From Cyanobacteriota bacterium (GTDB lineage Bacteria; Cyanobacteriota; Vampirovibrionia; Vampirovibrionales; Vampirovibrionaceae): a stretch of 64,000 nt of DNA. Each line of letters starts with the position of its first letter. Position 1 is the stretch's first letter. The translations under genes and the position numbers were made by a program. The notes beneath the pieces are model-generated. The model did not search any database, was not told where the DNA came from, and was given only the letters and a program-made list of their open reading frames with translations. The stretch lies in assembly GCA_019751815.1 (NCBI GenBank), contig JAIEMW010000004.1, forward strand, positions 41,933-105,932, given 5' to 3'. Shown here one piece after another: positions 57,468 through 64,000 of this stretch.

Positions 57468-58448
57468 ATGAGTCACCCCTTTTTTAAAACCAAAATCCCT
57501 GCCAGTAACGAGCGAGCGCGACTAAAAGCCGCCCTCATGGCAATTTCTGGATGGTCTTGGACGGTTCTGACAGAGCAATACTGTGAATACCGACTAGACG
57601 GAGCGCCTCACTCTTCAGAAAATACGGGCTGGATTCGAGTCAAACAGTATCAAAACGGGACGTTTACTCTCGAAAGTGCAAACGCTTCCTCTTACAGCAG
57701 TGTTTTGGCCCTCCTGGGATTTGAGACGACAGTGACTGCAGTCATCGAAAAAACAGACACATCTGCCAGCCCCATCACACCTAGCCCCATTCCCGAAAAT
57801 ACCAGTTATATGGGCAGTGATGAATCCGGCAAGGGTGATTATTTCGGCCCGCTGGTGATTGCAGGAGTCGCCGTCACGCCAGAGACAGAAAAATTGTTAG
57901 AGTCGATGGGTGTGATGGACAGTAAAAAGCTAAAAGACAAACAGATTGGGATATTGGCTGCACAAATTCGAACACAGTTGGGCTCTACAGCCATCAGCAT
58001 TGTGGAAGTCAGTCCAAAACGCTACAATGAGCTTTATCAAACCTTTAAAAGTAAGGGACAGAACCTCAATCATCTCTTAGCATGGGGACACGCCACGGTG
58101 ATCGAGAATCTCCTCGAACAAGGAAATCCTTGCACTTGGGCTGTGGCCGATCAATTCGGCAGTGAGCACTATATCAAGCAACAGCTTAAGCCCAAGGGTA
58201 AAACCATTCATCTCCACCAACAGCACCGTGCGGAAGCAATTACAGCTGTTGCCGCTGCCAGTATCTTGGCCAGAGATCGCTTTGTCCAAAAACTCCAAAA
58301 ACTGTCGGCCGAAGCCGGCAGTCCGCTTCCTCCAGGAGCCAGTGCGGCCGTTAAGGCAGCCGCCCGGCAATTGGTTCTAAGCAAGGGCGCTGCCTATTTA
58401 GGGCAAGTGGCAAAACTGCACTTTAAGACCACGCTCGAAGTCACCTGA
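57468..58448 (+). CDS. rnhC: ribonuclease HIII
   Basis: RNase HII/HIII catalytic GSDESGKGDYFGPLVIAGV, preceded by a ~90-aa N-terminal domain typical of HIII. TATAAT at 57453-57458 is 9 nt upstream of the ATG, suggesting a leaderless transcript. The ORF-track TTG at 57429 is therefore unlikely. Confidence 0.7.
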   Translation: MSHPFFKTKIPASNERARLKAALMAISGWSWTVLTEQYCEYRLDGAPHSSENTGWIRVKQYQNGTFTLESANASSYSSVLALLGFETTVTAVIEKTDTSASPITPSPIPENTSYMGSDESGKGDYFGPLVIAGVAVTPETEKLLESMGVMDSKKLKDKQIGILAAQIRTQLGSTAISIVEVSPKRYNELYQTFKSKGQNLNHLLAWGHATVIENLLEQGNPCTWAVADQFGSEHYIKQQLKPKGKTIHLHQQHRAEAITAVAAASILARDRFVQKLQKLSAEAGSPLPPGASAAVKAAARQLVLSKGAAYLGQVAKLHFKTTLEVT

Positions 58449-58465
58449 AGCGAAGTCACCTGAGG
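58436..58465. repeat. 15-bp tandem duplication (CGAAGTCACCTGAAG / CGAAGTCACCTGAGG) spanning the rnhC stop codon
   Basis: Seen directly. Copy 1 contains the rnhC TGA. Confidence 0.5.
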
Positions 58466-58846
58466 GATAGAAACTGAAACAATTGCAAATTTCATATTTG
58501 TATCGTAAAACTCATGGCAGGCAATAATGTCGACTTGTTTGATATTGGCGCTGTGTTGGGAAACCGGGTGAAACGCCTGGACTGTGCCGCAACTGTAACT
58601 TGTCCCCCCCCCTTAGACTGAGAAGATTAGACTAAGAAGACAAGAAGTCAGAACACCAACGCTGCAGCCGCTGAATTTTCATTTTTTTCGACTCACCATT
58701 ATTGCTGTACCCCCCTGCGAGCACAGGGCGTATCCGAGCATCATGTATTGAGTTTGCCGCTTCCCATAGGAAAGCTGGCAATGCCCGGTCTTCGCGCCTG
58801 ACTCTCTGGGAAATTTCCTCTCTCAGGAGACCCCCATTCAGGAGAC

Positions 58847-60229
58847 TTGATGCAACCGGTCACCAACAGTTTTTATAGCACGATCAGCCTGCCTCAAAGG
58901 TCGTCTTACACTGCAAATACTCAGGCTTTTCAGGCTCGCACTGCCCCCACTGCGGCTGTAACCGAAACACCAGAACCCTTGGCGATTTTTCCATCAGTGG
59001 GCAAAGCGGTTGGATTAGTAAGCGCTGGATTTTTAACTGCCTTATCTGGCCATTGGCTACTCTCCTCTTCTGGAAAACCCTTTAAGTCAGTCCTTCCAGC
59101 TATGCCAGGTGTCGCTTCTGCTCAACGAGAGCACCAGGTCTATTTGTCACTCAATGATAACGCCACCTCGTTGATGGGGATGGCGTTTTATAATCCCGCT
59201 CTGCGCGGTACTCTTGTTGCCTACGTTGGCGCCAGTGTGCTTGGGTATCTTGCCACCAGTGTGTTGCAAGGCACTCAAGAGGCCTGGGTGCGTCAGCGTG
59301 AAACCGACATTCGGGCGCAACTGGTAGAGCGTCTTCACCAGGTATTCCGCACCAGCATTCAAAAAAAACAACAGGCTGATGCCTCACTCAAAGACGGCGC
59401 CAAGGCCAACATCCGCGCTCTGCTTGTCAAGCACCATATCACCAACCCAGATGCGTTTTTGGTGGACTGGGCTCAGCCAGAATCTGAGGCTGCTCGCCAA
59501 CGCATTGGTTTTGAGCCAACACACCGAACTGTCACCACCGCGTTTGATTCTGGCAGCCGGCGCTTTTCTCGCGGCTTTGCATTTCAAGGACTGTCGAATC
59601 CAGACCCGCAAGGCTTTAGCCAAAACCTTGGTTTCAACGCCGATGAACAGCAGCTTGCCTGGGCGATTCAAGGTGGCCTCTTCACAGCAGGGCTGGCACT
59701 GGGCGGGATTGTCTGCGGCGTTCGTCAGTGGTTCAATAAACGGCTGCGCTCAGCCGCAGCCATTGTCCAAAGTCAAAAACCCCTCTCAAAAAGACTGAAG
59801 AACACAGCGCCCGTCCAACACAAAGTCATCGAAACCATCAACGCGATGAATCTAGAAGCGCTCTTTCTGATGAAAGACAAACGGATGCTCGGACTCTTTT
59901 TGGTGCTTGGCGCGGTGGGACAGATAGGCAAATTGGTGTTAGACGGCCTGAGAAACATTGAAGTAACCCGCGTCAACGCCATCACCGAATACCGCTATCA
60001 GGCAGAGAACTGGCTCCGCAGAGACCCCGGGTTTCACCAGATTGCCGAAGAAGAAGCCTTGCGCCACGAGCTTGCGCTGCTGGAAAAAGACTTACCACTG
60101 CTGAGACAAGCCCCCAGCGGCGTATTACAACAGCGGATACAAACCCTATTAACCAATATTGGCCGTAATTCTGCACCCAAGTACTTCCTAATGACCCCAC
60201 CGGTCAATCTGGTGGACGCCCGAAGTTAA
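58847..60229 (+). CDS. hypothetical membrane protein (about 4 TM helices, 460 aa)
   Basis: Hydrophobic segments AVGLVSAGFLTALSGHWLL, LVAYVGASVLGYLATSVL, GGLFTAGLALGGIVCGV and LGLFLVLGAVGQIGKLVL. No family recognised. Confidence 0.5.
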   Translation: MMQPVTNSFYSTISLPQRSSYTANTQAFQARTAPTAAVTETPEPLAIFPSVGKAVGLVSAGFLTALSGHWLLSSSGKPFKSVLPAMPGVASAQREHQVYLSLNDNATSLMGMAFYNPALRGTLVAYVGASVLGYLATSVLQGTQEAWVRQRETDIRAQLVERLHQVFRTSIQKKQQADASLKDGAKANIRALLVKHHITNPDAFLVDWAQPESEAARQRIGFEPTHRTVTTAFDSGSRRFSRGFAFQGLSNPDPQGFSQNLGFNADEQQLAWAIQGGLFTAGLALGGIVCGVRQWFNKRLRSAAAIVQSQKPLSKRLKNTAPVQHKVIETINAMNLEALFLMKDKRMLGLFLVLGAVGQIGKLVLDGLRNIEVTRVNAITEYRYQAENWLRRDPGFHQIAEEEALRHELALLEKDLPLLRQAPSGVLQQRIQTLLTNIGRNSAPKYFLMTPPVNLVDARS

Positions 60230-60246
60230 CCCGTTATTGGGGCAAT

Positions 60247-60999
60247 TTATTGAGGGCTGAGCAAGTATTGGTAAGAGTAAGGCACCACTTGCTGCGTCAG
60301 TTGCTCCAGGGCATCGGCGTACAAGCGGATTTCATACTGGGCCCCGGGATGCTTTCGCAGGTGGATAAAATTCACCAAAGCCTGTAGAGAGGCTGTCCAG
60401 TAAAACTCGGTGTAAATCGAGAGCGGCAGTAAGCCTCTGGCTTGTTCTCTGGCCACACCGGCGGCGATCATCTCTTGGTAGAGTTTCAAGGCACCTTCAC
60501 ACTGCTGTATATAGGCTTTTTGAAGCTCATTTTTTGGATCGTCCACGCAAGCATCAAGAGACGCCTGCTTATTGTCCGTGGATTGGGCCCGAAAACCATC
60601 AGGCACATAAAAATCAAATTCTGAGGCATCCACATAACGCAGACTCACCTCATTCCAGGCATGATCCACACTGGCCGCTTCGGTGTAAGCAATCCCCACC
60701 ACGTGTTTATACCATTGACGGGCCACAAATTCTGGGACTTTACAATGGAACTGGAGCTGCACATGCCGAAAAGGACTCCAATGCTTGTGCTCAGCCAGAT
60801 ACTTAATGAGTTTAATGTCCCCGTCACTAAGTTCTGTTTTTCTTTTCCCAAAAGAAACCCGGGCGGAGTTGACCACGGTGAGATCATTCCCCAAAGACCC
60901 GATCAGCTCAACAAAGCCGTGATCCAACACCGGAATATTGGCGGCATTAGTTGCAGAACACGCACTCATAGGGTCTTCAATCTTGATGGGGGGTGTCAT
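60247..60999 (-). CDS. thyX: flavin-dependent thymidylate synthase ThyX homologue with a divergent active-site motif
   Basis: Aligns with ThyX over its length (VLDHGFVELIGSLGNDL...ARVSFG...FVARQW...SLRY). The RHR triad is replaced by KHV and there is a ~12-aa insertion. Confidence 0.7.
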   Translation of the reverse strand: MTPPIKIEDPMSACSATNAANIPVLDHGFVELIGSLGNDLTVVNSARVSFGKRKTELSDGDIKLIKYLAEHKHWSPFRHVQLQFHCKVPEFVARQWYKHVVGIAYTEAASVDHAWNEVSLRYVDASEFDFYVPDGFRAQSTDNKQASLDACVDDPKNELQKAYIQQCEGALKLYQEMIAAGVAREQARGLLPLSIYTEFYWTASLQALVNFIHLRKHPGAQYEIRLYADALEQLTQQVVPYSYQYLLSPQ

Positions 61000-61143
61000 T
61001 GCCGAGCCCTCTCTATCTTATATTAACGGGATTTTATTCTTGGACAAAAAATCCTGTTTCGATTCTATCGTTAAGCCGAACGCCATGGTTAAATTACGAA
61101 CGGATGTTAATGCACACAATATGAGTTTTGACTTGATTTCCTC

Positions 61144-62067
61144 ATGGCCTCAATGAAAGCACCCTTTAAACACTTAAGCGTGATTGGCTTTGGGCTGATC
61201 GGGGGATCTTTTGCGATGGCCGCACGAAGTGTCTACCCGGATTTATGGATTCAAGCCATTGATCCCAGTAGCCAGACACTGCAGTATGTCCTGCATCACG
61301 AGATCATCAATGAGGCATCGCTAACACTGCCAGACAGTTTTGCAGACGATCATTTGATTGTGCTGGCCACGCACCTTAATCAGAGCCTGGACATCCTGGC
61401 ACAAGTGGCACATCGTGTGGAAAATAAACCCATCGTTGTCACTGATATAGGCAGTTGCAAGCGGGCGATTTGTTCCCGAGGGGAGACCCTGCTGCCGCAC
61501 CAATTTATTGGTGGGCATCCCCTGGCCGGTAAAGAAAAAAGTGGGATTGAGTATGCCAGTGCCCTGTTATTTACGGGGAAGCCCTATGTATTGTGCCCTT
61601 CAGCATCCGTCTTCAGTGGTCATCTTCAGGCAAACCAGCATTATGAGCAGCTCAAGCTGTTTTTAAACGGCTTGGGGGTGCATCTTAAAACCCTGGATCC
61701 AGACAGCCATGATCGATACATGGCCTACATGAGCCATTTCCCACAATTGTACGCCATTCTCCTCACCAATTTACTCTATCAACACGAGCCTGGAAGGATG
61801 TTGGGTTTTCATGGCGGCGGTATTGATGACCAAATGCGACTTTCTGCCAGCCCGTATCCTATGTGGCGAGATGTTTTTGAGCAGAATCACGACTATATCA
61901 CCCAAGTTTTACGAGAGTTTCAGACCCTAACTGCTGAGAGTCTCCAGGCGTTGGGAGCGGTCGATCCAGCAGGGGCGCTCAAGCAAGATAAGGCCAAAAT
62001 GAATCTCTGGTTTGACCGGGCACACCGGATTCATCAGGAGTTTTATCAAACCCGGGGCCAGACTTAG
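61144..62067 (+). CDS. tyrA: prephenate/arogenate dehydrogenase
   Basis: Rossmann start LSVIGFGLIGGSFA and TyrA catalytic region GGHPLAGKEKSG. Confidence 0.85.
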   Translation: MASMKAPFKHLSVIGFGLIGGSFAMAARSVYPDLWIQAIDPSSQTLQYVLHHEIINEASLTLPDSFADDHLIVLATHLNQSLDILAQVAHRVENKPIVVTDIGSCKRAICSRGETLLPHQFIGGHPLAGKEKSGIEYASALLFTGKPYVLCPSASVFSGHLQANQHYEQLKLFLNGLGVHLKTLDPDSHDRYMAYMSHFPQLYAILLTNLLYQHEPGRMLGFHGGGIDDQMRLSASPYPMWRDVFEQNHDYITQVLREFQTLTAESLQALGAVDPAGALKQDKAKMNLWFDRAHRIHQEFYQTRGQT

Positions 62068-62161
62068 GGGCAAATCCTGGTCCCCTCATGTCAGTTTCAG
62101 GCCAGTCTTGGGGGGCCGCTTGCCAAGCCCATCCCTTTTGCTATACCCTTATGATCCTCCT

Positions 62162-62237
62162 GGGGCATTAGCGCAGTTGGTAGCGCGTCTCAATGGCATT
62201 GAGAAGGTCAGGAGTTCGAATCTCCTATGCTCCACCA
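62162..62237 (+). tRNA. tRNA-Ala (anticodon GGC) with genomically encoded CCA
   Basis: Cloverleaf read by hand. Acceptor GGGGCAT/ATGCTCC. D-stem GCGC. Anticodon stem TCTCA/TGAGA with loop ATGGCAT. T-arm AGGAG-TTCGAAT-CTCCT. Discriminator A plus CCA. Confidence 0.9.
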
Positions 62238-62275
62238 AAAAACCCCCGAGCCTAAAAAGCATTGGGGGTTTTTTG
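62238..62275. terminator. rho-independent terminator after tRNA-Ala (probably bidirectional)
   Basis: AAAAAACCCCC ... GGGGGTTTTTT. A-run and T-run on both sides. Also positioned 3' of the minus-strand gene ending at 62292. Confidence 0.55.
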
Positions 62276-62291
62276 TTGTCTATTTTATTGC

Positions 62292-62591
62292 TTATTTTTG
62301 AGGAGCTGTAGGTGCCTGCGCCGGCGTTGTTTGAGAAGATGGCTGCGGGGCACTATTCCCATTTGCCCAATTCAACACCTTGTTAGCACCAGCAAATGCC
62401 AAACCAATAGCCACTAAGATACCCAGTGGGTATAGAATTTCCTTTACGTCGCCTAAGAAGCCTTCTTCTTTGTTGGGATCTGAGCTATTTCCTGCGAAAA
62501 AAGGCTGTTGCTGTTTGGGTAACTGCGGGCGCAGGGCTTGGGATTGTCGGGTTGGTGAAAAAGCGGTTTGCACGTTAGAGAATATTTTCAT
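62292..62591 (-). CDS. small membrane protein with a Gln/Pro-rich tail
   Basis: The ATG at 62591 has AAGGAG at a 9-nt spacer. The ORF track starts at a GTG at 62615. One TM helix (ILYPLGILVAIGLAFAGA), then a C-terminal PQPSSQTTPAQAPTAPQK. Confidence 0.45.
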   Translation of the reverse strand: MKIFSNVQTAFSPTRQSQALRPQLPKQQQPFFAGNSSDPNKEEGFLGDVKEILYPLGILVAIGLAFAGANKVLNWANGNSAPQPSSQTTPAQAPTAPQK

Positions 62592-62630
62592 GATGTAACA
62601 CTCCTTAAAAAACACTCTTTCAATATTAAA

Positions 62631-63569
62631 TTAAGGCTTTTCTGCTTTGGCGATCACTGCTTTCAATTGCTCAGTGGTGATTTCTTGGACATCTTCCATA
62701 ATGATACTGGTCGGTGCATCCGGGTTGGAGAGTGCATCTGGGGCAATCCCTTTGATCGCATCTTTCACCACAATGGGGGTAATGCCCAACATTTTTAAGA
62801 ACGCCACGGCACCTCGGACGCAGTAATCCGTTGCCACCCCGTAAACCAGGGCCACGTTACGGCCCGATTTTTTGAAGTTATTAAAGAGTTGATAGGCCTT
62901 GGCGTTGTCCACAATGTCGAGGATAGGGGCTTTGGTCTCTGGGTGTTCCCCAATAATCCCGCGGTGTTTATCCACATCAATTGCATTTTTTCGGATCTCA
63001 AAGGTGGTTCCTTCAGCAACCAAGGTTTTAATTTCTTCCGCTGAAGGCACATCTTTGATGGATTGTGCTTCATCAATCACATGCACGCTGTTGCTAATAT
63101 TGGCACCATCGACAAAATCCCAACCCGGGGTTCCCTTCACACAGTGGCGCTTGGAGAACGTTCTAAAGATGCTGAATTCCGCATCATTGGTCTCATGGGT
63201 ATCTATGGATAAAATATGCAGGATGGAAAAGGGTTTTTTGCCCAACACAAAATCTGCAATTGCATTGGTTAAGCGTTGCACAAAGGCAATCACTTCCTCT
63301 GCCCCAGGGACGTATAATCCGTCAAACAAACCGTTTTTAATTTGATGCCGTGGGAGCATAAAGTCTTTTTGGAGATCCACCCCGTAAGCCATCACCCGGT
63401 TCTCACGAAGCGCGGTGACCAAGGCGTCTGATGCCTCATCATTCCAGGCTTTCAAACCAAAACGAGGCCCTACTGGAGATTGGGGTGCTTTGCTCGATTT
63501 TGCGGCAGCCAAAGCAAAGGGGCTGACACGGACAGAGAGAGAGTTAACAGGAGGGGAAAAGGTTTGCAT
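62631..63569 (-). CDS. isochorismatase-family hydrolase, nicotinamidase-like
   Basis: Isochorismatase fold with MAYGVDLQKDF (the Asp/Lys region) and the catalytic Cys motif VATDYCV. The ATG at 63569 has GGAG at a 9-nt spacer. The maximal ORF (GTG at 63683) is 350 aa. Confidence 0.7.
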   Translation of the reverse strand: MQTFSPPVNSLSVRVSPFALAAAKSSKAPQSPVGPRFGLKAWNDEASDALVTALRENRVMAYGVDLQKDFMLPRHQIKNGLFDGLYVPGAEEVIAFVQRLTNAIADFVLGKKPFSILHILSIDTHETNDAEFSIFRTFSKRHCVKGTPGWDFVDGANISNSVHVIDEAQSIKDVPSAEEIKTLVAEGTTFEIRKNAIDVDKHRGIIGEHPETKAPILDIVDNAKAYQLFNNFKKSGRNVALVYGVATDYCVRGAVAFLKMLGITPIVVKDAIKGIAPDALSNPDAPTSIIMEDVQEITTEQLKAVIAKAEKP

Positions 63570-63817
63570 CGCCTGGACTCCGTTTTGATAGGTAACTGTG
63601 TTGATTGACCACACGCACAAGAACATTTGTTTGATTTCTTCCCATTGTAGGGCGTCAAGCCATTGAAACAAGTGATTTGCCACATTTGTAACAATTCCGG
63701 CTCTGATTGCTACAGTCTGCTTTGTAAGCCCATTTTCTGGCAGGCGTTTATGCTAGATTTATCTTCAAGTAAATTGAGTTTAAATTACATGTGTGTCCTT
63801 AATTGATGGCTTTCATA

Positions 63818-64000
63818 ATGCAAACATTGTCTCCATTGCCTCAAAATTCGGCGCTCTCTTTAAACGCCCGTTCAGCTGGTGAGAATTCAAGGTCTACTCA
63901 GTCTTTACTAACTAAACCTGTGCTGCTGTTTTCTGGGCTTCCAGAAGAGATTGAAGACACATTAACTCGGCTCAAGCAGATGGCAGCGTCTGGATCTCCC
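63818..64000 (+). CDS. 5' part of a hypothetical ORF running off the window
   Basis: ATG at 63818 opens a frame with no stop to position 64000 (MQTLSPLPQNSALSLNARSAGENSRSTQSLLTKPVLLFSG...). No homology recognised. Confidence 0.25.
   Translation, partial: MQTLSPLPQNSALSLNARSAGENSRSTQSLLTKPVLLFSGLPEEIEDTLTRLKQMAASGSP

Noticed and set aside
58449-58846. RNase P RNA or tmRNA in the 400-bp gap
   Set aside because: GGAAAG, GCCCGG and GGGUGAAA-like fragments occur, but in the wrong order and spacing relative to the M1 RNA consensus. No tRNA-like 3' end with TTCGATTCC for tmRNA. Left as an unexplained region (see finding).
62162-62291. tRNA-Ala as a genomic-island integration site
   Set aside because: Flanking genes on both sides are core or ordinary (tyrA, a small membrane protein, a nicotinamidase). 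No integrase, direct repeat of the tRNA 3' end, or compositional shift is visible.
1-64000. CRISPR arrays, IS elements, prophage or integrative elements
   Set aside because: No spaced direct-repeat arrays, transposase/integrase/recombinase ORFs or terminal inverted repeats were found on reading both strands. The only repeats are short tandem duplications and simple low-complexity coding repeats.

Overview
This 64 kb window is one contiguous, gene-dense (about 90% coding) bacterial chromosomal segment with moderate GC. No rRNA, CRISPR array, transposase or integrase is visible. Most of it is housekeeping: frr-cdsA-rnc, a type-B sdhCAB, adenosine deaminase, trxB, aldehyde dehydrogenase, thiL, ispD, ruvA, rpmA-rplU, an S1-domain protein, ispH, a SigB/F-like sigma factor immediately followed by a prepilin peptidase, nupC-glpX, folC, dcd, a BtpA-family protein, der-plsY-gpsA, purL-purF, metF, gatA, RNase HIII, thyX, tyrA and tRNA-Ala(GGC) with an encoded CCA. 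One large accessory block (13.2-22.6 kb) is a complete Tad/Flp pilus locus: flp, tadE, cpaB, cpaC, cpaE, cpaF, tadB, tadC. The most unusual content, in my reading, is listed here. (1) Near 2.4-4.7 kb, two paralogous ~100-aa proteins sharing a C-terminal ...DKQL...DAGAL motif sit beside a standalone HerA/FtsK-superfamily ATPase with a coiled-coil tail. (2) At 28.5-30.1 kb there is a tandem pair of paralogous multi-zinc-ribbon proteins. (3) rplU (L21) carries a histone-H1-like Lys/Ala/Pro tail. (4) The ThyX homologue has its RHR active-site triad replaced. (5) There is a Q/G-rich repeat protein with its own terminator. (6) Three 15-18 bp perfect tandem duplications sit exactly on gene ends. (7) There are several unexplained intergenic hairpins and a 400-bp gene-free region. 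The gene repertoire is non-proteobacterial in flavour: single-anchor SdhC, split PurL, BtpA, class II FBP/SBPase, pentapeptide and TPR proteins, a group-3 sigma factor, RNase HIII and ThyX. The lineage cannot be fixed from sequence alone. Several start codons appear to be GTG/TTG, because the ORF track's M residues sit on non-ATG codons. Boundaries given are my best choice from RBS and homologue length.
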